Assembly (NCBI GenBank): GCA_010405405.1 | Contig: MU004234.1 | Location: forward strand, 664,993-728,992 | Direction: 5' to 3' | Length of the DNA stretch: 64,000 nucleotides | Source: Microthyrium microscopicum | Taxonomy: Eukaryota | Shown here: positions 34,478 to 47,146 of the stretch, piece by piece | Layout: each line of letters opens with the position of its first letter | Numbering within the stretch: the stretch's first letter is position 1 | The notes under the pieces: model-generated | What the model was told of the DNA's origin: nothing | Seen by the model: the letters and a program-made list of their open reading frames with translations, nothing else | Databases searched by the model: none | Position numbers and translations under genes: made by a program

Positions 34478-36901
34478 ATGCCGCCTTTACAAGACCAGTT
34501 CATCGATGATGATGACGAAGAAGAGTTCTGCCCGTTGTGTGTCGAAGAACTCGACCTTACCGACAAGAACTTTAAACCATGTCCATGCGGTTACCAAGTG
34601 AGCTCCCCACTTTTTCTCAAGTACTCATAGTACTTTGGTCTAACAAATCATCAGATATGTCAATTCTGCTACAACAACATCAAGACCACTATGAATGGCC
34701 TCTGTCCGGCTTGTCGGCGACCCTATGACGAAAAGAATATCCAATACAAGGCTGTGAGCGCAGAAGAGTGAGTGACACTTCAAACGGGTTCACGTGCCAG
34801 CTAACACGTTACAGAATGGCCCAACATAGACAAACAGTTGCGCAACAAGCCAAGAAGAAGCAGGCCGCCAAACAAAAAGAAGCCCAAAAACGAGAAGCAG
34901 ATAATCTTAGTCGAAAACATCTTTCTGGACTTCGTGTTAGGCAAAAGAACTTGGTTTATGTCACCGGTCTCAAACCCAAAGCCACTGGCGAAAAACTTGT
35001 GGAAGGCCTTCGCGGCAAAGAATTCTTTGGTCAATATGGTGATATTGTTAAGATTGTAGTCAGCAAGTCCAAAGATGCACACGTCGGTCATAATCAGCCT
35101 ATTGCAATATATGTCACCTTCGTTAAGAAGGAGGATGCTGCTAACTGCATAGCAACCATTGACAATCATAAGCAGGCTGACGGTTCGCGGTTGAGGTACG
35201 TCCCTCGACTTTTCACCTGTCACAGCACTAACTTTCAACAGAGCACAGTATGGTACAACCAAGTACTGTTCTGCCTATTTAAGAGGCGACGTGTGCTCGA
35301 ATAAAAATTGCATGTTCTTGCACGAACCTGGCGAGGATAACGAGAGCTACACACGAGAAGGCTTGTCGAATCTCAATGCAAAATTCACCCAAGAACCCGC
35401 CCCACTAGCGTCCCAATCGCCTGCACCGCAACCTCCCCTTCAACATGTAGCTGCGATGGCTGCTGCAACACAAGATCACGAAGTCTATGCAATGACTAGT
35501 CCTGTAGACAATGATATTCCGGCTCTTGCTACAACTTCAAATTGGGCAGAACAAGCTCGTCGTGCTAGCAGAACGACGACCGGTTCTGCAAGCAGTCCAC
35601 TGGTGACGAACTCGGTTGTTAGTACGACAGAGAACCAGGATGGAAAATCTGTGGCAAAGGAGTCCGATGAGGCTGAGCCAACGGCAGCTACCTCAAAGTC
35701 GAACAAAAAGTCGAGAAGAGTCAAACTACCATACTTTGACGACTTACCCCGGAAAGCATTCAACCCGAACCTCGCATTCAACTACGTTCATCCCGCAAAT
35801 TACACGGAGAAGGACCGGTGGATTGTAGAAAATATGCCACCACTATTTGATCCTCATGAAGGGACTCGACGACGCCTGATCAAGGAGCGCGAAGCAGAAG
35901 AGATGCGACAAGCCAATGCTCTAGTCCAAGCACAATCAGAAACCCGCGAACCCTCAATGGAAATTGACGATACACCTGATCAAGGCCCAGGCAGCTCACA
36001 GCTCGGCGGCGAGCCTGAAGACCTTGACCGGGGTTTTACCCAACACAATCTTTTGCAGCAACAAGCTATTGGGAGCAACGCTCTTGGTCTTGGTCAGCCA
36101 TTTGGACTCGGTGATGAGCTCTCTGGCTTGGGGTCTGCTCGCGGCCTTGCCCCACAACCAAACCCACAACAACAGGCCATCCTCGATCAATTAAACAAAG
36201 TTGGAGGTCAAAGCAACTCTTCACAGAACGGCGGGCATGGTCGGCATCCTTCGCGATATTTTCTAGCCGAGGGTATAGCAATAGCAACCAAGAACTATGC
36301 CAAACAGAATGGTGCTAACATGTTAGGCCAAACCCATTTTACCGGTAACGCCGTCCATGGTCAAGGTTTCAGCGGCCAGTATCCATATACCTCTGTTCAA
36401 GGACCTCCACCTGGCTTGAAAACCACCGGTACTCCGCCAGTCACTGGTACCGGAATGTTTGGACAAGGCCATGGATTTACCCCAGATGGTGGTTATGGTC
36501 GGGAAAATATGAAGACGTGGGACATGCAGCGTGGTGCTCGAAGTAATGGAGCAGGGCTGGATGCCGGCAAGCGTGAGTTAATGAACTTCCCCCATCATCA
36601 ATACCCATCGACCTCTGCCGCTGCACCTGCTCAGGGCGCTCTGAGCTTTCCATATGGATCGCATGCAGGCGCCCAATACCAGGATTCCGGCAATTCACAG
36701 AAGCAGAAGAAAAAGGGTAAGAAGCACAGACATGCTAACACTTCCTCCTCTGGAGGTGGTGTAGTTGATGTTGCAGACCCGAGTATTCTGCAGATGCGAG
36801 TTGGTGGTTCCATGGCTGGGCAGGGTGGCTACGGTGGTCAAACACAAAGCGGGTTTTCATCATCAATGCAAGCGGCCGGCAATCCCTACCCTCGATGGTA
36901 G
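34478..36901 (+). CDS. NOT4: CCR4-NOT E3 ligase Not4, short isoform (~757 aa); exons 34478-34597, 34655-34767, 34815-35195, 35242-36901
   Basis: RING CPLCVEE...FKPCPCGYQICQFC...CPACRRPY, RRM (QKNLVYVTGL, FFGQYG) and YGTTKYCSAYL...CMFLHEPG zinc finger. Confidence 0.95.
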
Positions 36902-37678
36902 AACCATTGATCTTCTGCTTGTTTTCTGTTTCTCTTTCCATCACACTATCCACGATTTTTTGGGCAACCTCAAAACAGGCATAGAGGAGTTTTGTTCCCC
37001 ATGCATTGTGGGATCTGCATCACAGAGTCATGATTGTTTTCTTTTCAGCATTTTGTCAAAGTTGCAGAAATGCATAATGAGCTCGTGGCAGTAACATCCA
37101 CTTGGTGGCAAAGGCGTTTATCGGATCATGTACATGGACTTGATTTCTGAATCAAGTTCAAGCTTCAGCTAGGAATTTTTGGGTGGCATACACCAACACT
37201 GTTCTCCATCTTGTTCCCTTACAGAACCCTACTGCACCATTTCCAATCATGTCCCTGCCTTGTCAACATCATTTCTGCCTGGATGATTTCAGCTTCACGC
37301 TTTACAATCCGCTTCTTTTTCCTTGCAGGTCTCGAAAACATCCAATTATTCGACTCGTCAGTCTTCGTCATGGCCCTTTGCAACTTCTTGTATGTAGGTC
37401 ACTCATCTGGAAGGGCAATGGAATACACTGCCCGACCTTGCAAAATTCATTGCAAAATTCAAGAATCGTTCCTGAAGACCCCACGGTGTTTCACTTGCTT
37501 AAACGTGACGAAGACTGACGAGTCGAGATTGGTGATTGAGCAATAACTTCTATCTACTTTTGAACCTCGACATGCCTTGCCGCCGTATTGCCAGCAGAGA
37601 TGAAAACCCAGGCACCCCTCACATTACCCAACAACCCACTCGTATAGTCATGGTATGTTTGCTGACTTGCCTGTGTAG

Positions 37679-40224
37679 AAATCGTTGACGATGTAAACCG
37701 AATCATCGGCGACGACGATGCTGTAGGTGGTGCTGTTGATGATTCTGAGTTTCCTGCTTTGCCAACCCGCGTGTCTACCTTCGAGACTCGCAAATCTACA
37801 CCGACTATTCCTCCAGGCTTTAGTGCACCTGTCAACATGTCTGTTCCCACTGGTCCGGCTTCGAGGCCTATAGGAACGCCTGCTCGCGCTGCTCTACCTA
37901 CTACACCGAAGAAGAAGACAGCACCGATTTCTCAGGTTATCGAAGATCTTGCTCAACCCGAAACAGCTGTGGAAGACGTGTCGCCAGCCGCCATTGCAGA
38001 GTTTGATGATAAGTGTGCTATCGATGAGAACACTGCACCTTTAGCCGCTGGTGCAGGAGCAGATCAAGAATCGAATAAGCCTGTTCCAAGCCCTGCCAGT
38101 AAGCGGAAGGATAAGAAGGCCGCAAAAGCAGAGAAGAAGGAACTCACAGCTTCGATTCGGGGAAAAAGACCTGCAATTCCATCACCTAAACCGTCTGTGG
38201 CGAAGCTATCCGAAAGTCCGGTTGTTAAAGCAGTTGAACCAAACATTTTGCCTGACAAGGACTCGAATATGGACGACATTGCAAAGTCGGTCCCAGAAAA
38301 GCCTGTTGCTATAAATGCACCTGGGAAACGCCCTCACCCAGGAGCGTTGAAAATATCAACCTCAACTTTTGCAAATGAGGCGGCTGGTCTCAAGCTTTCG
38401 CGTCCCAGCTCCACAGTTCAGTCTGCTAGTTCGCGACCAGTCACTCCGGGTGGTGAGAGTATCAGTACCCCGGTACGGCGGACAACGCAACCTAGAACTC
38501 TGCGTATTACAGAAACTCCAAAGACAGAAGTTCCACCGCCTTTGCCTGAATCTGACATTCCTCCGGTCCCAAGTATTCCTACTATTCATGCCTTAGCTGG
38601 CGGTTCGAAGGTTTCGTCTAGACGTCCTAGCCTGACATCTACCACTCAACCGGGCACACCGCTCAGCGAATTTGCTGACCTTACTTCACTTCCTTCGGCT
38701 TCGAAATCGGTCTCCAGAGCTTCATCTCCACCTCCACTTGTTGGCAAGCAGCGAGCACAGAAAAAGGCGAAGAAGAAGGCACTAAAGAAGGAAATAGAGC
38801 AACTAGAAGAAGGAGAAATTTCAGCATCGGTACCCCAAGTGCCTGCAGTTCCTGCGGTGCCTACTGCTGCTGTGGTGGAAACAACACCATTACTTGGTCG
38901 GAAGAAAAAGGCAAAGAAGCCTGGCGTTGGGCCACTCCCTACACTGCCGGTGAAAAAGCCAGTCTCTACTCCAGCCAGTCGCCCAGAAACTCCGAAAACA
39001 AGCGAGCATCTTGTAGAAAGGTTCGAAATGCCTGCAACTCTGCCTACGAAGATGGAACCAAAGCGAGCTACTCAAGAAGTGAAGCCGACTGTGGTCAAGG
39101 AAGAGGCCAGCCCGGCATCCAGCGCCGCTCCGGCAGGATTGGATGACTTATTTACTGCCCTTGGAGATGACCAGGAACTCATCGCGCGCATGAGTGCGAT
39201 TCTGAACAAGACGATGTCTGCCAAAGCACACCTTCAGAATCTCCCTGCTCGAGACGCTCGACCATTCACCAATCCTGCATTTGCAGATCCGGATGCCCTG
39301 ACATATTCAGAGCCTTTCCTTGCCACGGCTACCGAGCAAGCCCATCGGGATGCAGGCCGAGGTTTCACCAGATCTAAAAATCATCCTGATCGCAGTCTGA
39401 GCTCGCACATTGTCGTCACGCCACGCGGTACCACTCTCCGCTGTCTCACCGGTGTCGAAGTCGACCAGCTCAAATCACTAGAGGACGCCGTTTGCAACAT
39501 TACCGGCCCCGGCTACTGGGGCGCTGGCAATCCACGATATCTCGTACCCGGGCAACAAGGTTACCACGAACACCAGCGTCAACTCGCAGCCGACAGCATC
39601 TCCGGTCTCCCACCCGCCGGCGCCATCACACTCGAACAAGTCCGCGGCGATAACGGCGCGCTCGACCACCCAACGCACTTTGTAAACCGCTTCGTTTTTG
39701 ACGTCCAGTCCGAGCCTCCTGTAGCCGCCCCGCCAGTCCAACCACCACCCCCACAACAGCAACAGCATGCGGCTGACAACGCTCGCGGACCCGCACAGCC
39801 GAGATCTCGTGTACCATCACCATCCAACCTCCCACCCGTAAACTGGGCTGGCAAAGACGACTCGCTCCGCATGATCCGCAAAGCCCTCGATCAAGATAAT
39901 GCTGTCTCAAGCGAAGTTAGAACCGCGCTCGACAACTATCTGACAGGCAAAGCGCTACCACCGGATGCGCTCGATCCAGAGCTCAAGAAAATCTTCGAAG
40001 GATTCACACCTCCGCACTTGCCCATCGAAGCCGCAAGCGAATGGGCGCGTCGTAAGGCGATGTTTGGTGAGTATCAAGATGAAAACTACACTGGCTATTC
40101 TGAAGTGGTGTCTGTTGATGAAGCTGAACGGTCGTGGAAGGAGGAAGTCCGTAGATCAGAAGCTGCAGAGAGGCGGTTGAATGCGGCGATTAAGAGGACT
40201 AAAAAGCTGTTGGTTTTGAAATAG
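37679..40224 (+). CDS. NOT4: Large Pro/Ser/Lys-rich terminal exon, probably the 3' exon of a long Not4 isoform
   Basis: GCTGAC branch point and TAG acceptor at 37678; phase 1, in frame with NOT4 donors at 36573 (GTGAGT) or 36849 (GCGGGT); open to 40224. Confidence 0.72.
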
Positions 40225-40769
40225 CGCTGAGAGTGGAAAAAGTGCTGTGTAAGATAGGGGGTCCAATACGAAATAGTCAGTGTGGTGGGAGATAGGACTC
40301 TGCATGGGAAGGTGCCTGTAAATTATTGCTAGGCTCGACGTAGCTATTTGGAAAGAATACATTCTTTCTTCCGCTTAAATCGGGTTATTTTGTGCTGTGA
40401 ATCGAACCTGATGAGCCTGAAAACGCGAAAGTTGTATGGCATGGCGTCAAATTAAGCGGAATTCTCGATGCTTAGCTGAAGACTCAGTTTTGATAGATGG
40501 TCCAGCAAGTTTGGTGGTAATTGTAGCACCTTCCATTCAAGAGACCTAATAGCTACCATCGTTGTTCATGACATGTCTTGAACATCAATCGATTATTATT
40601 AGCCATGAGTCTTGTCATCTACAGCACATCCATCAATATACAGCAAAACAATCCCTTCATTACAAGCTTTTTCATTTCATTCCACCGTCTATCTATGTCT
40701 TAGCCTAGCCATCAATGCCGCATAAAATCATCATCGTACACGCACGGCAACCGGCGAGTCAGATCTTCC

Positions 40770-42743
40770 CTATGACGCCAACTCGCCCGCCGCGGCCCAG
40801 CCCTGCTTCTTGACCTCACTTTCGACTTCATCCGTCAGCATTTTTAGAATGCCCAACTCCATAACCACACCATCTTCGCCTGTCTCGCCCTCCAATTTAT
40901 CCAGCGTCTCAAAATGGCCAACAGCTTCATGTAGTGGACGCACAAATGTGCTTAATATCTCGCCGTCGCCTGCTACGAGGTATTGGATGGCAAGTGGTTT
41001 GTGTAGACGTGTTGATTTGAGAAGGAGGAGGAGGAAGTTTAGTGAGGCAGCGTAGAAGCCGTAGTTGGCCATTAGGCTATTGTATGAAGCTTCTGGGTCT
41101 GCTACGGGTGTGCTGTCAGAGTGGCTGAAAGAGTAGGTGCTGCTGATATCTGGCCAAAGATATGGTGCTAGGATTTGTAACGCCTGGGGTGTAGCGAAGA
41201 TGGATGGTAGGGAATCTTCTTCTTTTGGCGTGTTTGCGTCGATGGTCTCGCCTTTGATCCAGCTTACTGCGCTGGCTTTGAGATTTTCGAATGGGCAGTG
41301 TTCTAGGGTATCTTGGATGTAGCGTAAACGCGTGACATCTTTGGGATGAGACCGTAATACGGTGGTGGTGAGGTAGTGGGCGTGGAAGCGGATGGTGGGA
41401 GACATGACTGTCGCGGAGAGTAGGCTGGTGGCTTGAAGGTATGCGGCAAAATGCTCGTCTGATTTCGGCTCGCCGACATTGTTTTGATCGAGCGCAATGA
41501 GGCCGACAAAGAGAAGAGCATCTAGTAGTGGGTCTGGTGTATTTCGGACGCCATCTTCACCGACGTTTTCGATGAAGACGCGCGCTAACAGTGCGTGGCC
41601 AGGGAAGATGGGTATATTGTCTGTGATGCCGGGTCCGTCATAAATGACTTCCATAGCCTTGCGAGCTGTGAAGAGATATAGTGCGCCGCTCTTCGACAAA
41701 GGAATGCTAGCAGCTGTGCTAGGATAGCTCTCTTCTACACCACGATCACCTTCGATCTCAGGGGTCGTGTCAAGCATAGTTGCTAGAAGATCGTCAGAGT
41801 GTATTTCGAGATCCTGGGCAATTGCCACCAGTTGGCCAACAGTGGTAAGACGATTTTCCAGTTCCGCGGAGTTGGAAAATCTATCCGTCACGCTGACTTT
41901 GCTTGGAATTATGTATCCGTTTTCTGTCTTCTCCCAAAACCTCGAGCACCAAGCTAGACCAGCAATGTCATCGTAGGCCGGTAGTGATTGCATATACTCA
42001 TCGAGCATATGTGTGAGGAATGACTGCAAGAGCTTCCGTTGGATCCTATCCTCTTCGGACTCTCTTGCTGATTCTGGAATTTGTGGCGTCGAATAAGCCT
42101 CTGGAAACACTGGGTTCGTAGCCAAGGTAGCCAGAAGCACAGCTGATGAACTCCGCCGTGGAGGGAAATGTGGTCGCTTAGTCCCAGTCAAAGTCTTGAT
42201 GAACTTGACAATCTCCATCGTCAACACATCGTGATAGTGGGATGCTGTCGCATAAGCAGCCAGGATAGCCTGAAGGGATGATGATAGGAATCGACTTGGT
42301 GCTTTTGCCTGTATACGTGGATGTAGGGTAGACAGCATCTGTACTAGAGTCTGAAATTGTAGTAACGGCAATGGTGCAGTACCAGCGGACCCATTGGCGC
42401 CTGGTTCATCAGCTGTAGGTGTTTTGTCTCCATCATGTTCCTCTCCAAGCTCCTCGGCCTCAAAGTCGATGGAGCGCAAGCATTCCGTGACCTTGAGAAC
42501 GACTTCCTTTGGATTCCCACCCCGCGCAACTACCATCAGACACTCTCTAGATTCTGGAAGGAGAGGTAGCAGTGTGGAGACCAAATCCCAGCCGATGCTG
42601 TCAGTAAGATCTGGATCCTGCAAGACATCGTGCAGGACAGGCAGTCGATCCTTGGTGAGGTTCTGTTCGACGTATGTCAGGTAAGTCGCAGGGTCGGTAT
42701 TGGGAGGACGAAGAGCCAGCAGCGCGTCTTCGGAAGATGCCAT
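40770..42743 (-). CDS. YBP1: Yap1-binding protein Ybp1 / ALF4 / glomulin family, intronless
   Basis: LTDSIGWDLV, VARGGNPKEVVLKVTE, PSRFLSSSL and DTLEHCPFENLKASAVSWIK motifs. Confidence 0.82.
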   Translation of the reverse strand: MASSEDALLALRPPNTDPATYLTYVEQNLTKDRLPVLHDVLQDPDLTDSIGWDLVSTLLPLLPESRECLMVVARGGNPKEVVLKVTECLRSIDFEAEELGEEHDGDKTPTADEPGANGSAGTAPLPLLQFQTLVQMLSTLHPRIQAKAPSRFLSSSLQAILAAYATASHYHDVLTMEIVKFIKTLTGTKRPHFPPRRSSSAVLLATLATNPVFPEAYSTPQIPESARESEEDRIQRKLLQSFLTHMLDEYMQSLPAYDDIAGLAWCSRFWEKTENGYIIPSKVSVTDRFSNSAELENRLTTVGQLVAIAQDLEIHSDDLLATMLDTTPEIEGDRGVEESYPSTAASIPLSKSGALYLFTARKAMEVIYDGPGITDNIPIFPGHALLARVFIENVGEDGVRNTPDPLLDALLFVGLIALDQNNVGEPKSDEHFAAYLQATSLLSATVMSPTIRFHAHYLTTTVLRSHPKDVTRLRYIQDTLEHCPFENLKASAVSWIKGETIDANTPKEEDSLPSIFATPQALQILAPYLWPDISSTYSFSHSDSTPVADPEASYNSLMANYGFYAASLNFLLLLLKSTRLHKPLAIQYLVAGDGEILSTFVRPLHEAVGHFETLDKLEGETGEDGVVMELGILKMLTDEVESEVKKQGWAAAGELAS

Positions 42744-44778
42744 ATCGTCCTTCAAATACCGATCCTATAGAGTAGTGGGGAAAATTGTAGAGCAGACGCG
42801 CGGGAGATAGAGTATCCCCTTGACTGAAAAACGCCCTAAGCAGCTCTGAATGCTGATGACGATGGGGTGAAGTCAAGGCAACTTGGTACGTGCACAAATA
42901 AGGTTGTTTGAAGATGGCCCTAGTACCTCGTCTGGTCTAGCGTGGGTTTTCATCTCAGAAAACGTGATCTCCAACCTCCAAGATCTCGCCAAGCTTTCTA
43001 TATTGCTTCGAAGTTTGATGGAGAGCATCTCAATCTTACTTGACACGTCTATACTTCACGCTTCGAACCTAGCAAGATATTCCATACACTTTGGTCGTCA
43101 TTGATCCCTCTTCCACTCCTTGAATCCTCAGGAGAACTCCGTACCTACCTGAGGCTCTGCTCCATGCACTTCGCCATGTCTCATCTTACCTTTACGACAT
43201 CAACCCCAATAAGCTCTTATAGTGTAGGATCAATAGCTATACAGTGTAGGATCATCCAGACACATAGCAGCATTCAGCTATATTTAAAAATACATGGATT
43301 GAACAAGTCCTAGATCGCACAGCCAATCTAAGTCACGGAAGGTCCGCAAAGACTTTACTCCTAACCTTGCTGATGTGTCACTGGCATGTACCTCTCAATT
43401 GGCAGCTCTTTAAGCCCGCGAACCCGGCCAATTGTCTGTACATCCTTCCTTACCTGAATTCATAGTTCTGAGGCAGTAGGGCATAGCGTATATATTTTAG
43501 GCATGCCCGCCTCGTGGTCAAACGATTGGCCTTTGTTTCTGCAGATACCGGACTGTGCGCATCGACAAAGTCCTCAAGCTGGCCGAGCTCCAGTTCGATT
43601 GTTCTTGACGGCGTATCCCAGCTGCCTTCTGAATATCTTGATCCCAAAAATCAATTTCGGTTCACCCAGCAAAAAGACTTGGCAGATGAAGCTGTGCGAA
43701 TTCTTGGCATGCTTCAAAGATCAATTCAACTCGCGTGAGCAGCCAAGGAACAAAGACCCTTCTCTGCGGCAAGACCGCATGATAGAAGCAAAAGGCCCAA
43801 CCAAGTTGAAGATAGCAGCGCCGCTGACGTGGTAAATCTGTGGAGATATCAAGACCCTCTTTTTAGCTTAGTCTAAGCTTTTAGTTTGCTTTTTGGTCTT
43901 GCTGTCGCATGCAGCAATCGTAAATTGTGGTTGGCTGTCCTGCATCCCGAACCAAAGTGTGGACCGTTGAATCGCACAAACCTGGCATAACGCAGTGACG
44001 ATCTTCAAACGGACCTTTCTCCATCTGGCAAGTCATCAATTGATACATCCGACGGCGCAGAGACGTCGTATTTTTACCAAGTATCGGATCAAGAACCAGA
44101 GCAACATTTCGTGGGAGATAGTCGCCGCAAGTATTTTTATGTCGCTGCGAATGAAAGACTAGAATTCTGGCACGCTTCAATGGGTTAATCCATAGCGGCG
44201 GATTTGAGCTTGAATCCCACACCAAACTCAATATATGCATCCCATTGATCATGGTACTTTACAAGCGGCGAAGAAACCAATGTAAAGAAACCCTTACCAG
44301 CCACCAATCAACGCACTTTCAAGACGGATACCATCTAGGCCAAAGAAATCCCACATGCATCCACGAGGTTACCCCCGCCGCCAATATTCCCAGCCTTGCG
44401 GGCAAACTGGCCCATCACTGGTTTATTTGTCCGCGCGCTGCGAGGGGGGTTAGTAGAGTTTCTAGGTCAGGCGGCATGCTTGCGCATTGTTGCAGCAGCC
44501 AAATTAGAAAGAAGAGTAGAAAACCAAGACGGGGCGTGGATCCCAAGTCTCCCCGCGACTCAATTAAAGGCGAAAGGGCCCGCTCTGCTTGCTTTAACTC
44601 TGTGAATGTGTCTGAGCGTTCCGGGTTGACAAGCGCTACTCTAATCTTTACCTATTTCCTTTCCTCTCGCCAACTTCAAGCCCTCGGTTGCTTGCTGTTG
44701 TGTTACCTTTGACCTCTTCGCTGCCGTCGACTCTTGGACTTGACAGTACGGAGCATCGCAGCTTCATTAGACGATAAG

Positions 44779-46371
44779 ATGGGTATGAAAGACTCGCCGA
44801 TGTGGGGGACGATAGCGTGTGGCGCTGGGTTGTTTTCTGATGGTTATCTCAATGCTGTAAGGTTTTTGCAACTGTTTCGTTTGAACTACACTAAAACCTG
44901 GCCAGATTATCGGACCTGTAGGAACAATGTTGAAGCATATTTATGGCACAGCATACTCAAATTCACCGTCATACGCCAATGTGTCTGCGCTCGTATTCGT
45001 CGGAACTGTCGTCGGTCAACTGGTTTTTGGATACACCAGTGATCACATATCGCGAAAATGGTCTCTCATGGTCTCAACCGTCATCCTTATCATATTCGCT
45101 ATCATGGGTGCTGGAGCTTACGGCGCCCACGGCAGTCTAGATGGCATGCTCGCTGCATTGTGCGCATATCGTTTCCTGCTCGGAATTGGAATCGGTGGCG
45201 AATATCCAGCTGGTAGTGTCGGAGCATCTGAGCATTCGGGCAGTCTGAAAGCTGGCTCAAGAAATCGCATGTTCATCATGTTTACCAATGTCCAGATTGA
45301 TCTGGGATTTGTAGTCGCTCCGCTTGTTGCCATGATTGTGGTATGTGCACGCCTTGAACTCGATCTGTGTCGCAATTCACTGACTTTAATAGACTCTAGC
45401 ATGCACAGAGAACCATCTTCGCGCTGCATGGCGTATTTGCCTCGGACTCGGCGCCCTTCCACCAATTTCGCTCTTCTACCTTCGTCTAAAGATCTCAGAG
45501 CCAGAGCCATACAAACACGAGAAAATGACTGCGAAACAAACACCATGGCTGCTAACATTCAGATACTATGGACCCCGTCTTTGTATCGTCGCAGTAATTT
45601 GGTTCATCTATGATTTCAGTGCATATTCCTTTGGTATCTACAGTTCGGCAATTCTAGACGGCCTACTCGGCGGTTCAAGCAAGCTCTGGGTTTCATTCGG
45701 ATGGTCCACTCTTCTCAATCTGTTTTATATGCCTGGAGCTATCGCCGGTGGCTATCTATCCGATACAAGACTCGGAGCCAAGAAGACTCTTATCATCTGC
45801 CTTATTCTGCAAGCAATCGTCGGCTTCATCATGGCTGCCTGCTACACGAGCCTATCCAAACATATCGGCGGTTTTGTAGTAGTATACGGCCTATTTTTGG
45901 CCCTTGGAGAATGCGGTCCAGGTGATAACATCGGCCTCTTCGCAGCCAAGACCAGCTCCACTCACGTCCGGTATGCAATACCCTTTCCAAATCATCAAAT
46001 ATCCATTTTACTTACATATATCTAGTGGCAAATACTACGGTTTAGCAGCAGCGTTTGGTAAAATCGGTGCCTTCGTCGGCAACTACGCATTCCCAGCCAT
46101 CGGCAAATACGCGCACGGCGATGAACTCAAATCCGGCCAATACCAATTCTACACTGGCGCCGCGCTTGCAATCTTTGCTGCATTCTTGGGTCTTTTGCTG
46201 CCTGAGCTTGATCAAGATGTCGTCGCAAGGGAGGATATCGAGTTCCGTGAATATCTCGAATCACACGGTTATGATACGTCAGTCCTTGGTATCCATGATG
46301 GCAGTGAAGCGTCTCTAGAGGCCTCTGAAACTCAACAAGTCAAAGCGGAAAGTCACAACAAGTTCGACTAA
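44779..46371 (+). CDS. GIT1: MFS glycerophosphodiester (glycerophosphoinositol) permease, 3 introns
   Basis: GAGLFSDGYLN, GQLVFGYTSDH, RFLLGIGIGGEYPAGSV, WFIYDFSAY, GECGPGDNIGL and AAAFGKIGAFVG. Confidence 0.9.
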
Positions 46372-47146
46372 TCTGTCAGTCTTTCAGAGCGGGTCGCTTT
46401 TGTGGTTGTAATCGATGTTTACGGACGAGCAAGACGAGCTCTTCAACGCGCGTCGTTATGAGTTGGGATGGTGGTTCATTGTCCCTCCCTGGCTCTTGAG
46501 ATTTTGTGCAAGATATCCTAGAACGCGTAAATCTATTAATTTGATCTGCCTATGATCTTGGCGAGACTGGATCTGGACGCGTCGGTTGATAGCAATGTGA
46601 CATTGGTAATGGCTTGGCTCGCGGCATGAGTCGATCATCAAAGTGATTCCTGGTTTGCGGTAGTCATGACTCACTTGCTTACCGAACTTTCCATGGTTCT
46701 AGAAATCGCAAGTTGGGCTGCAGGTTTTCTAGCCAGTATGCTCGAGCAAATCGCATCGTCGCCCTCGTCGTAAAGTTGAGGATGGCCAGGGAGTGCATGT
46801 TGCCCAAAGAGGAAGGTCGAAATGTTGTTGCAACTGGCAAGCCCGAAGGACCTCGGTTCCCTTCGGAGCGGAAAAACGCATTATCCGAATATGTAAATAT
46901 CGTGCACAGACCATTGGACCTTCGATTGGGCATCGAATGACTCCCCGCAGAGCGACAGTGACTGTCTCCACGTCCAAATAAATTATTAAAAGCTTCATCT
47001 TTCGCATAGCGAGCTCTTGGTTCCTCGAAGCTGGAAAGAGTTTGCAATTCTGTCGCATTGGCCCCCCGATACTTCGCGCCACTGATCAATCATTCATCCA
47101 GCTCAACCTCGTAACAAGGCTGACAAGGCCTTAGCATCGATTCAAG

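Noticed and set aside
40398..40409. tRNA B-box-like GGTTCGATTC on the minus strand
   Set aside because: No cloverleaf or A-box at an appropriate distance.
43100..44712. Short ORFs between YBP1 and GIT1
   Set aside because: No domain features; consistent with a divergent promoter region.
46679..47089. Minus-strand ORFs upstream of SES1
   Set aside because: No recognisable protein features; overlaps the likely SES1 promoter.
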